The notes under the pieces are model-generated. The model worked only from the letters and a program-made list of their open reading frames with translations, did no database searches and was not told the origin of the DNA. The position numbers and the translations under genes are program-made. From the NCBI GenBank assembly GCA_022837635.1, contig JALHFY010000001.1, positions 23,562-87,561 of the forward strand: DNA of 64,000 nucleotides, in the 5' to 3' direction. Below are positions 28,027 through 35,986 of the stretch, piece by piece. This stretch comes from Candidatus Shapirobacteria bacterium. Lineage in GTDB: Bacteria; Patescibacteriota; Microgenomatia; UBA12405. The first letter of the stretch is position 1, and every line of letters begins with the position of its first letter.

Positions 28027-28803
28027 TTATTTTAGCAGATTTAAGAAACGATCTATGCCTAGACCCACACCACTGCAAAGTGAGAGGCGGCTGCAATAAT
28101 CGATAAAATCGGTGGAAATAGGATGGAGGGGTAGATGATGTTGCTGGCGATATTCTTTTTCCGCTTCAAAAGCGGATTTAATAGAATTGGTATCGGTATT
28201 TTCGACGCAACCATTGGCGATTTCGATGCCGTTGATGTAAAGTTCGAAACGATCGGCAATGGTTTGACCTGTCGAATTATCGACAGGTTTAGCCAGGGGT
28301 GAGAGATAAGCGGGGTAGCCGGTGACAAAGGTGCCACCTTGATGGGGGAGTTTTGCTTCAATTTCATTGAGAAAGTATTGGTTAAAATCAGCTTCATTTT
28401 GAGGTAGATTGGGGGGGAGTTTGAATTCGGTAAAATCAATTTTAAGAAAATGACGAACAAAATTTTTAGTAAATTTGATTAAATCGGCCAGATTTTGGTC
28501 AGGCAAATACCACTCTAACATGAGAAATTCAGGACTATGAAGCTCATTGCTGGCTTCCAGATCTCGAAAACAATGACCGATAGCAAAGCATTTTTGGCGA
28601 TTTTGAGACAGATGTTTTTTCAAAGCCAGCTCAGGGGAAGCGGGAAGATAAAAAGTTTGCTGTTGATGTTTCCAAATAGTTTCAAAAGAGTAGAGATTGG
28701 GTTCTAGAGGCAGACTAGAATTGAGATAAGGCACCTCAACTTCGACAAAGCCCCGGCGCCAAAAGTATTTCCTAATGGACTTTAATAATTCAGACTGTGT
28801 CAT
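28027..28803 (-). CDS. Class II aminoacyl-tRNA-synthetase-like core protein (EpmA/PoxA/GenX-like or a truncated KRS/NRS/DRS catalytic domain)
   Basis: Motif 2 CFRDLEASNELHSPEFLMLEWY and motif 3 GVGLGIDRFL. Confidence 0.55.
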   Translation of the reverse strand: MTQSELLKSIRKYFWRRGFVEVEVPYLNSSLPLEPNLYSFETIWKHQQQTFYLPASPELALKKHLSQNRQKCFAIGHCFRDLEASNELHSPEFLMLEWYLPDQNLADLIKFTKNFVRHFLKIDFTEFKLPPNLPQNEADFNQYFLNEIEAKLPHQGGTFVTGYPAYLSPLAKPVDNSTGQTIADRFELYINGIEIANGCVENTDTNSIKSAFEAEKEYRQQHHLPLHPISTDFIDYCSRLSLCSGVGLGIDRFLNLLK

Positions 28804-28818
28804 ATATTTGTTGGTTTA

Positions 28819-28905
28819 TATATATCGAAAATATAATTTTGCCGTGCTCACGCGCTGGCGGCTTCGCCTGGCATGATTGCGCGTGGAAAATTATATTTTC
28901 GATAT
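28819..28905. repeat. Long AT-rich inverted repeat (about 22-bp arms atatcgaaaatataattttgcc / ggaaaattatattttcgatat) enclosing a 41-nt GC-rich loop
   Basis: Read directly. It lies between two minus-strand genes. Confidence 0.6.
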
Positions 28906-28914
28906 TACCATAAT

Positions 28915-29835
28915 TTATGGTTTTAAATTGCAAAAATAATGAGGGTCGGGGCAGAGAGGAGAGGCGAGGTAACGAGATAAATAGTTGGTGACGATTACAG
29001 AAATAGGGTCGGAAAGGGAGCCGAGTTTGAGGGCGGATTCACAACAAGGATAAAAATTACCGTTTGATTGTAAGGAGAGCATGGCACAGCCGAAATTTTT
29101 TGGTGGATAGACAGGGTATTTTTGGCGAATATGTTTAACTTGAGCCGGAGTGAGAGAACCGAGACGGTCGGTTAAAAAAGTGAAATTAAGAGCTTTAGAA
29201 CTATAGAGCTTTAGAGCTTTAGAGAGGGATTGGGGGAAGGAATGGCGGTAGGGATAGGAGTCTTTGGTGATTAGATAAAAAATTTCCACTGGAAAATCGA
29301 GTTGGAGGGCATGTTTGACAAAGTTAAGACTTTTTTGAAAATTACCGGAGCCACGGTTGTGGTCATGAATTTTTTGGGGGCCGTCAAAGGAAACAATGAG
29401 TTGACAATTTTTTGGATCTGTAATTTGGTCTAACTTATCAATAGTGCCGTTGGTGATTATGGTGATAAAAATGTTTTTTTTGAGCAGAGTGTTGACCAGA
29501 CGGGGAAAAGAGGGGAGGGTAAAAACTTCACCTCCACAAAAAATGATAGATTTCAATTTAAGCTTCTTGTCAACGAATTTTTTGCCTTCGGCCAATCCGT
29601 TACCGGGTTGGATGTTGTCAAAAAATTGTTGACTGCGAAACTTTGATAAAAAAATGTGATAGCGGTTGACAAATTTTAAGATTTGCCGGTTGTTTAGGAT
29701 ATTTTTGGTCTTGCGGGTATAGCAATAACGACACCGGAGATTACAGAGCTCCAAGGGAGAAATGTAGATATTTTCCAGGCTAGAAATTATTTTAGCTTGG
29801 TTGATTCTTTGTGTTCGGTATTTTTTTTGCACCAA
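28915..29835 (-). CDS. Radical SAM protein with a SPASM-like C-terminal Cys cluster
   Basis: CNLRCRYC near the N-terminus and GCAMLSLQSNGNFYPCC at the C-terminus. Confidence 0.7.
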   Translation of the reverse strand: MVQKKYRTQRINQAKIISSLENIYISPLELCNLRCRYCYTRKTKNILNNRQILKFVNRYHIFLSKFRSQQFFDNIQPGNGLAEGKKFVDKKLKLKSIIFCGGEVFTLPSFPRLVNTLLKKNIFITIITNGTIDKLDQITDPKNCQLIVSFDGPQKIHDHNRGSGNFQKSLNFVKHALQLDFPVEIFYLITKDSYPYRHSFPQSLSKALKLYSSKALNFTFLTDRLGSLTPAQVKHIRQKYPVYPPKNFGCAMLSLQSNGNFYPCCESALKLGSLSDPISVIVTNYLSRYLASPLCPDPHYFCNLKP

Positions 29836-29966
29836 CGACAGTATTTATTGAACTTCAACTTATCAGGAGTATTAGTCTTGTTTTTTTCGGTCAAATAATT
29901 TTGAGCGCCACAGACTGAACAGTTGAGGGCGAGTAAAATACGAGGTGTTTTTTTTGCTTTGGACAT
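29797..29966 (-). CDS. rpmG: 50S ribosomal protein L33. It is absent from the ORF track because it is under 60 aa
   Basis: Translation MSKAKKTPRILLALNCSVCGAQNYLTEKNKTNTPDKLKFNKYCRWCKKNTEHKE. It overlaps the radical SAM start by about 39 nt. Confidence 0.8.
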
Positions 29967-29978
29967 GGGGCTATTTTA

Positions 29979-30761
29979 TCAATTAATTAAATGGCCGTCA
30001 AAGGCAGTTTTTGCTAAGGTATCGCAAAAGAACTCGCTACCTAGATCAGATGGGTGAATGTTGCTACCGGAATCAATCAGTTCCGGAAAACCGTCTTGAT
30101 TGATTAAACTAGGGCGATAGGCGTCAGCTAGGGATAGTTGATTTTTTTGACTGAAAGCGATGAAATTATCTAAATACAGTTTAATAGTGTTAGTTTTTTC
30201 AATTTTATCCATAGCGGTGAAATGGAGATTACTAAGACCATTGCCAAAGGTGACCGAATTGGGGGCAATAGTGGCGGCCATCATGATTTTGGTCTGAGGT
30301 AAGGAAGTTTTGATGGTGGAAATAATTTTTTCCAGTTCCTGCAGGTAGCGATTGAGACTGTTTTGAGAATTACCCAAATGATTGTAGGCAAAAGATTCGA
30401 GAATAATCAGGTCCGGTAATTGGGAGATAATAGAGGGATTTTGTTGATCCAGATAGCGAGTGCTTTGGGTTAAACGGTCGTAGGCGCTTTCGATAGTGGT
30501 GGCGCCATAACCATATTTGAGAAAATTGATTTGGGTTTGGGGATAGTATTTTTGAAAAGATTTTTGACAGAGATCGAGATTGAGAGTGTCAATCATGGAA
30601 TCACCTAGGAGAACAATTTTTTTGATTTGGGTTTGAGTACCTAGAACGGCTGGGGCGCTGGTGGGTAGAACTGGAGTGGGGGTGGGGGATACGGGAGTAG
30701 AAGCTACCGGTTTGTAGGCTTGAAGAAGTTGATAATAGAGAGGCACAATAGCTAAGAGCAT
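29979..30761 (-). CDS. SGNH/GDSL-family hydrolase, probably secreted
   Basis: GDS motif VLLGDSMID with a Pro/Thr-rich N-terminal linker. Confidence 0.6.
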   Translation of the reverse strand: MLLAIVPLYYQLLQAYKPVASTPVSPTPTPVLPTSAPAVLGTQTQIKKIVLLGDSMIDTLNLDLCQKSFQKYYPQTQINFLKYGYGATTIESAYDRLTQSTRYLDQQNPSIISQLPDLIILESFAYNHLGNSQNSLNRYLQELEKIISTIKTSLPQTKIMMAATIAPNSVTFGNGLSNLHFTAMDKIEKTNTIKLYLDNFIAFSQKNQLSLADAYRPSLINQDGFPELIDSGSNIHPSDLGSEFFCDTLAKTAFDGHLIN

Positions 30762-30806
30762 ATTTATATTTCAGGATATCATTTATTGATATAATGGGCT
30801 GTATTA

Positions 30807-30893
30807 GGAGGGTTGGCCGAGTGGTTTATGGCGCTAGTTTTGAAAACTAGTGAGCGCAAGCTCTCAGGGGTTCGAATCCCTTACCCTCCGCTG
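30807..30893 (+). tRNA. tRNA-Ser (anticodon TGA), long variable arm
   Basis: GGAGGGTTGGCCGAGTGG...CTAGTTTTGAAAACTAG...GGTTCGAATCC. Confidence 0.85.
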
Positions 30894-30920
30894 AAAAGTT
30901 TCTTGAGAAAAATTTATATT

Positions 30921-30975
30921 GAGCCTGGAATGGAATTTGAATCCATGACCTGTCCGATGTCCATCGGACTGCTCG
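30921..30975 (-). repeat. Duplicated 3' half of tRNA-Thr (T-arm plus acceptor 3' strand) fused to the 24-nt palindromic core
   Basis: gagcctggaatggaatttgaatccatgacc is identical to the 3' end of the intact tRNA-Thr at 31245-31274. The core lies at 30946-30969. Confidence 0.85.
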
Positions 30976-30976
30976 A

Positions 30977-31243
30977 TTAAAATGATTTGGTTATTTTTTG
31001 ATTCGCAATAATTTGTTCAATTAAAGTTTTACTTTTTTGTCGTTTGAGCCAAAATTCAATTTTTCGAGCCATTGTTAATGTTGGATATTCCTGTTGAAAG
31101 ACGAGTTTAAGGGGTAAAGAAAAACTGGTGTAAGTGCTGCGTCCACTAAGATGTTCTTGAAGTCGGCGATTTAAATCAGCGGTGCTACCAATGTAAAAAC
31201 GAGAGTTTTTGAGAGATTGGAGAATATAAACGTAGGCAGACAT
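30977..31243 (-). CDS. GIY-YIG nuclease-domain protein. The start is the ATG at 31243
   Basis: MSAYVYILQSLKNSRFYIGSTADLNRRLQEH. The longer ORF in the track runs into the tRNA. Confidence 0.75.
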   Translation of the reverse strand: MSAYVYILQSLKNSRFYIGSTADLNRRLQEHLSGRSTYTSFSLPLKLVFQQEYPTLTMARKIEFWLKRQKSKTLIEQIIANQKITKSF

Positions 31244-31244
31244 T

Positions 31245-31318
31245 GAGCCTGGAATGGAATTTGAATCCATGACCTTCCCCTTACCAAGGGGATGCTCTAC
31301 CAACTGAGCTATCCAGGC
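31245..31318 (-). tRNA. tRNA-Thr (anticodon GGT)
   Basis: GCCTGGATAGCTCAGTTGGTAGAGCATCCCCTTGGTAAGGGGAAGGTCATGGATTCAAATTCCAT... Confidence 0.85.
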
Positions 31319-31320
31319 AA

Positions 31321-31437
31321 ATTGTTAATCCATGACCTGTCCGATGTCCATCGGACTGCTCTCAACTGAGCCATGAGTCAAAGTTAATCCATGACCTGTC
31401 CGATGTCCATCGGACTGCTCTCGCCTCTAGGCTGGCT
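31321..31437 (-). repeat. Two tandem pseudo-tRNA units (about 59 nt each). Each has a D-arm-like segment, then the palindromic core in place of the anticodon arm, then a truncated T-arm
   Basis: Both units share the exact 41-mer gttaatccatgacctgtccgatgtccatcggactgctctc. The cores lie at 31334-31356 and 31393-31415. Confidence 0.8.
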
Positions 31438-31532
31438 GACCTGAGAGATTGCTTGTTATTTTAACAAATAAAGGTGAGATTGTGGTGGATATTGTATTTA
31501 TGACTAACTCATACTAAAATAGTGCGAGTTGT

Positions 31533-32231
31533 ATGCTTCAATTAAAAAACATTACCCTGGAAAAAGAGGGGAAGAAAATCTTAAACAAGATAAACTTAAA
31601 ATTGGATGATAACCGGTTTTATGTGTTAACCGGACCCAATGGTAGTGGCAAATCAAGTTTGGCCAAGGTGATTATGGGAATAGAAAGCCCTAATGAGGGG
31701 GAGATTTGGTGGCAAGATAGGGAAATAACTAGGGAAAGGATTGAGTTGAGAGCCAAAGAGGGTATAGCTTTTGCTTTTCAGCAACCGGTGCGTTTTAAGG
31801 GGATAAAGGTATCGAAGTTGTTGGAATTGGCGGCGGGGACTAAAAAAATCAGAGGTTGTGGGGTTTTAGCTCAGGTAGGTTTGTGTCCAAAGGATTATTT
31901 AGACAGGGAAATGAATGGATCGCTGTCTGGAGGGGAATTAAAAAGGATTGAGATGGCGACAGTAATTTTGCGAAAACCAAAATTGGTAATTTTCGATGAG
32001 CCGGAGGCGGGAATTGATTTATGGAGTTTTCAAAATTTGATTGAAGTTTTTAAGAAATTGAGAAAAAATTACCACGGAACGATATTAGTCATCTCTCATC
32101 AAGAGAAAATTATGGAAATTGCCGATAAAATATTGCTTTTGAAAAGAGGTAAATTAGAGGAGGTAGAGAAAATTGACAATTTAAGAATTCGCCAAAAATG
32201 TGGTTGTCGGGGAGGTTGTATTCATGAATAA
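31533..32231 (+). CDS. sufC: Fe-S cluster assembly ATPase SufC
   Basis: ABC ATPase motifs GPNGSGKSS and LSGGELKR, with a Cys-rich C-terminal tail CGCRGGC. Confidence 0.75.
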   Translation: MLQLKNITLEKEGKKILNKINLKLDDNRFYVLTGPNGSGKSSLAKVIMGIESPNEGEIWWQDREITRERIELRAKEGIAFAFQQPVRFKGIKVSKLLELAAGTKKIRGCGVLAQVGLCPKDYLDREMNGSLSGGELKRIEMATVILRKPKLVIFDEPEAGIDLWSFQNLIEVFKKLRKNYHGTILVISHQEKIMEIADKILLLKRGKLEEVEKIDNLRIRQKCGCRGGCIHE

Positions 32232-33135
32232 ATTGGAAAAAAAATTATTAAAACAGGTTAATGATTCGAAAATGACGGGGGCGGTGAATATTCGTAAAAA
32301 TGGGAAGACATGGCAGAGAAAAAACAGTCAGTGGGTGACGATTAAAGATAGTCAAGATGGGCGGGGTTTGGAAATTTGGGTAAAGGACAATGCACCAATG
32401 GCAATGGTGGATATTCCGGTATTGTTGACGGAAAGTGGTTTGATAGAAACTGTCGATAACAATTTTTATATCGGTAAAAATTCCAAAGTGGTGATTTATG
32501 CCGGTTGTGGAATTAATAATTGTGGGACTAAAGATACGGTTCATAGTGGTCGACATCGTTTTGTGGTGGGCCAAGGAGCGGAGGTGAAATATATTGAAAA
32601 ACATTATGGAGAAGGTGGAAATTTAGGGCAAAAAGAGATAAATCCGGTGACGGAGATAGAGTTGGTGAAGGATGCGAAAATGATGATTGAGACGGTACAA
32701 ATAGAAGGGGTTGATCAGACTGAGAGGGTGACTAAAGCGGTGTTGCAGGCGGGAGCCAGTTTAGTGATTAATGAAAAAATAAAAACATCGGGAAAACAAA
32801 AAGCCATTTCCAGTTTTGAAGTGAAAATGGTAGGAGAGGGATCAAGTTGTCGGGTGATGTCTCGGGCGGTAGCGACAGATGTATCAGAACAGAAATTTAT
32901 TTCCAATATTGTGGGTAATCAAAAATGTTTTGCTCATGTGGCTTGTGATTCAATTATTAAAGATAAAGGTAAGGTGACGGCGATACCCAAAATTAAAGCT
33001 AATCATGTGGAAGCGGAATTAATTCATGAGGCGACGATTGGAAAAATTGCCGGGGAACAATTATTGAAATTAATGAGTTTAGGGTTGAAAAAAGAAGAAG
33101 CGGAAGAGGAAATCATGGCCGGTTTTTTAAATTGA
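32224..33135 (+). CDS. SufB/SufD-family Fe-S assembly protein
   Basis: Beta-helix SufBD core located downstream of sufC. The ATG at 32224 is in frame with the track ORF. Confidence 0.65.
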   Translation: MNKLEKKLLKQVNDSKMTGAVNIRKNGKTWQRKNSQWVTIKDSQDGRGLEIWVKDNAPMAMVDIPVLLTESGLIETVDNNFYIGKNSKVVIYAGCGINNCGTKDTVHSGRHRFVVGQGAEVKYIEKHYGEGGNLGQKEINPVTEIELVKDAKMMIETVQIEGVDQTERVTKAVLQAGASLVINEKIKTSGKQKAISSFEVKMVGEGSSCRVMSRAVATDVSEQKFISNIVGNQKCFAHVACDSIIKDKGKVTAIPKIKANHVEAELIHEATIGKIAGEQLLKLMSLGLKKEEAEEEIMAGFLN

Positions 33136-33207
33136 GCCTGAAGTCAGACTTGAACTGACGACCTAGTGTTTACAAAACACTTGCTCTACCAACTGAGCTA
33201 TTCAGGC
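33135..33207 (-). tRNA. tRNA-Thr (anticodon TGT)
   Basis: GCCTGAATAGCTCAGTTGGTAGAGCAAGTGTTTTGTAAACACT...GTTCAAGTC. Confidence 0.8.
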
Positions 33208-33248
33208 GTGGTTAAGGCATTTGGTAATGGGATATTATAGAATACTCT

Positions 33249-34394
33249 ATGGCTAAAAAGAAAATTTTGGTGATGACGGATGATATGCCCTGGGGCCACA
33301 GGTCAATTGCCAAGGCGATTTACAGCTTTTTAAAATCACAGGAAAAAAAGGAAAATTTTGAAGTGCATTATGCCGAAGTTAAGGCTAATACTGGTATTGC
33401 CGGAGATGCTTATTTATTTGCTTATCGCTATTTGCCGGTATCAAACAAGGTAGCCGGTTGGGTGTCGTATAACAAGGTGGCCAGGCGAATGATAGAAGAG
33501 TCTTCTCGACTAAATTTACCCGGCCCTAAAAGAATAGTAGACAGATTAAAACCAGATTTGGTAATTTCCACTTATTGGTTTCACAGTCAATCGCTGGCGG
33601 GATGGTTTAAGAAAACTAAATCAAAGATTAAATTATGGACGGTAGTGGCTGATCCTTGGTCGGTAATGCCGGTATCTTACAACAAAAACATAGATTTACA
33701 TTTGGTTTATGATGAGAAAGGGGAAGAGGTTGGAATTAAAGAGATAGGTTTGAGTAAGGAGGCGATTTTGAAAACCGGGTGGTGGACCAGACCGGAAATG
33801 TTTAAAAAATATGATAAATGGGAAATTAGAAAAAAATGGGGAATTAAAGACAGAAGACCGGTGGTGTTTGTGGGTGGAGGGAGTTTGGGCACTAATTCTT
33901 TGACCAGATTGTTGCCAGCGTTGTTGATGCTGAGAAAAAAGGCGGCTTTTATCTTTAACACCGGTACAGATAAATTAGCCTTTAATTTAGTGGAAGAATA
34001 TGTCAGATTGTTTAAGAAAATGAGACGGGGAAATGAGGTGATAATTAAAAATTTTGGTTGGATTGAAAATATGGCGGAAACATTGGCAGGAGTGGATATT
34101 GTTTTTGGTAAAGCCGGACCTAATTTTTTATTTGATGTGGTAGCGCAACAGAAACCATTTGTGGCGATTACTCATATTGGGGGACAGGAGGATGGCAATA
34201 TTGAGTTAATTAAAGAGAAAAAACTAGGTTGGGTAAAAGAAAAGAGAGGTGAAGCAGCCGATTTTTTGTTGGAATATTTAAATAATCCTAGAAAATATCA
34301 GAAAAAATATCGGGAGAATGTGAAACAAGAGGCGGCTAGAAACCAAAAGAGCATGGGAATAATACTAAAGAGGATAAAGAAAGACTTGAAGTAA
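33249..34394 (+). CDS. GT28 / MGDG-synthase-like (MurG-like) glycosyltransferase
   Basis: N-terminus LVMTDDMPWGHRSIA and overall similarity to the MGDG synthase / UgtP family. Confidence 0.55.
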   Translation: MAKKKILVMTDDMPWGHRSIAKAIYSFLKSQEKKENFEVHYAEVKANTGIAGDAYLFAYRYLPVSNKVAGWVSYNKVARRMIEESSRLNLPGPKRIVDRLKPDLVISTYWFHSQSLAGWFKKTKSKIKLWTVVADPWSVMPVSYNKNIDLHLVYDEKGEEVGIKEIGLSKEAILKTGWWTRPEMFKKYDKWEIRKKWGIKDRRPVVFVGGGSLGTNSLTRLLPALLMLRKKAAFIFNTGTDKLAFNLVEEYVRLFKKMRRGNEVIIKNFGWIENMAETLAGVDIVFGKAGPNFLFDVVAQQKPFVAITHIGGQEDGNIELIKEKKLGWVKEKRGEAADFLLEYLNNPRKYQKKYRENVKQEAARNQKSMGIILKRIKKDLK

Positions 34395-34599
34395 CTCCGA
34401 TGAATGCTGGTAAACCAGAAGACCAAATTTAACCTGCCAAAAGTAGGGGCTTCGATAGTGGCTTTTCCACGCAAAAATACGTGGGGAGAACTAGTCTGTA
34501 GAAGCAAGCCTCTAAAGACAAACATCCTCCATTTTTATACTTTAGCTAGAAAAAACACCTTCTCAAAGACTGCTTTCAGCAGGCTGATATAATTGTAGC

Positions 34600-34989
34600 A
34601 TGATTACGGTCTCGAAAAAAGTTGAATATAGTGTGGATTTTTTGAGTTTTTTATCGAAAAATAAGGGTAAAAATGTGTCTTTGGCGGAGGTGAGTCGAAA
34701 AATGCATTTACCTTATCGTTTTTTGTCACAATTAGCAACGGATTTGAAAAAATCTGGACTAGTTAAGTCTCAGGAAGGTAGGGGTGGAGGTTATCAATTA
34801 AGTAGAGATTGGGAAAAGAAAACTCTTTATGATTTAGTGGAAGCTTTGGGAGAAAACAAGGCTCCAGTAGCATGTTTGGGTGAAGGTGGCTGTCATCGGA
34901 TAGCTAAATGTCAACAGAGATTTTTTTGGCAAAAGGTTGGTAATTTATGGCAACGAGAATTAAAAAAAATTAAATTAAAGGAGATATAA
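34600..34989 (+). CDS. Rrf2-family transcriptional regulator
   Basis: HTH region VSLAEVSRKMHLPYRFLSQLATDLKKSGLV and the Cys-containing C-terminus. Confidence 0.75.
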   Translation: MITVSKKVEYSVDFLSFLSKNKGKNVSLAEVSRKMHLPYRFLSQLATDLKKSGLVKSQEGRGGGYQLSRDWEKKTLYDLVEALGENKAPVACLGEGGCHRIAKCQQRFFWQKVGNLWQRELKKIKLKEI

Positions 34990-34990
34990 G

Positions 34991-35269
34991 ATGAAAATCA
35001 GTAAGAATACAATTTTATTGGATTTAATAGAAAGATATCCGAAATTAGCGGAGATTTTGGTATTTAAGTATGGGTTACATTGTGTGGGTTGTGGGATGGC
35101 GCAAATGGAGACATTGGAAGAGGGGGCTTTGGCTCATGGAATGAAGGCGTCAGAAATTAAATCAATGGTTGAGTATCTAAACAATCAAATCAGTAAAGAA
35201 ACTTCAAGCAAAAAGCCAAAATCGGATTCATTATCTGGGATAAAAGGCCGGAAAAAAGTAACAAAATAA
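34991..35269 (+). CDS. DUF1858-family small redox-associated protein
   Basis: ILVFKYGLHCVGCGMAQMETLEEGALAHG. Confidence 0.55.
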   Translation: MKISKNTILLDLIERYPKLAEILVFKYGLHCVGCGMAQMETLEEGALAHGMKASEIKSMVEYLNNQISKETSSKKPKSDSLSGIKGRKKVTK

Positions 35270-35759
35270 TTAACAGGTGACCATATTGTTCTAAAGCTTG
35301 TTGCCAGCGATGAGCGGATTCAATGGGTAAGAGATTGAGAAGAATTTTGGAACCATCCAGAGGAGGTAGTGGTAGGAGATTAAAAATACCTAAAACCAGA
35401 CTGGTAACCACAAAGGTAATACTGAGAGGGTGGTGAATTCGAGAAAAGAGAAAGGCTAAAAGAAAATTACTGAGAGGTCCGGCCAGGGCGACAATAATTT
35501 CATCACGACGGGGGTTTTGGAAATTGTAGGGATCAATAGGGGTGGGTTTGGCCCAGCCAATGACCGGTAGGCCACTCAGAGCGCCAACAAGAGGGATGAG
35601 AATAGTGCCGACAGGGTCAATATGAGCTAAAGGATTAAGAGTTAAGCGGCCATAGGCCCGAGGAGTGGGGTCGCCAAGTTTATCAGCGGCGAGAGCATGG
35701 CAGAATTCATGCAGGCTAATAGAGATGATTAGAGCTAAAATTGAAGTTATGAGAAGCAT
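35190..35759 (-). CDS. Site-2 protease / M50-family membrane metalloprotease
   Basis: HEFCHAL (HExxH) in a multi-TM protein. Its 3' end overlaps the convergent CDS. Confidence 0.7.
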   Translation of the reverse strand: MLLITSILALIISISLHEFCHALAADKLGDPTPRAYGRLTLNPLAHIDPVGTILIPLVGALSGLPVIGWAKPTPIDPYNFQNPRRDEIIVALAGPLSNFLLAFLFSRIHHPLSITFVVTSLVLGIFNLLPLPPLDGSKILLNLLPIESAHRWQQALEQYGHLLIILLLFSGLLSQIMNPILAFCLKFLY

Positions 35760-35782
35760 AAATTTATGATATAGTATAGCCT

Positions 35783-35986
35783 ATGAGAAAATGCAGTTTA
35801 TGTGGAAAGGGCACGACTATTGGTCGAAACCGCTCCCATGCTCAAAATAGAACCAGTCGCACTTTTAAGGCTAACGTGCAAAAAGTGACCATGAAAATGG
35901 GTGAAGAAAAAATTGGAGGGGTGTTTTGTAGTCGTTGTCTAAAAAAGATTAAGAGTGAGATTAAGAAAGATAATAGTAGGGCTTGA
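35783..35986 (+). CDS. rpmB: 50S ribosomal protein L28
   Basis: MRKCSLCGKGTTIGRNRSHAQNRTSRTFKANVQ. Confidence 0.85.
   Translation: MRKCSLCGKGTTIGRNRSHAQNRTSRTFKANVQKVTMKMGEEKIGGVFCSRCLKKIKSEIKKDNSRA

Noticed and set aside
31244-31303. Upstream extension of ORF 30977..31303 (MVEHPLGKGKVMDSNSIPGS...)
   Set aside because: It reads through tRNA-Thr. The GIY-YIG protein starts at MSAYVYILQ (ATG at 31243).
34395-34599. 204-nt noncoding stretch with three small hairpins, considered as SRP RNA, 6S RNA or a riboswitch
   Set aside because: There is no match to the SRP domain IV motif or other signatures. It is most simply the promoter / 5' region of the Rrf2 regulator gene.
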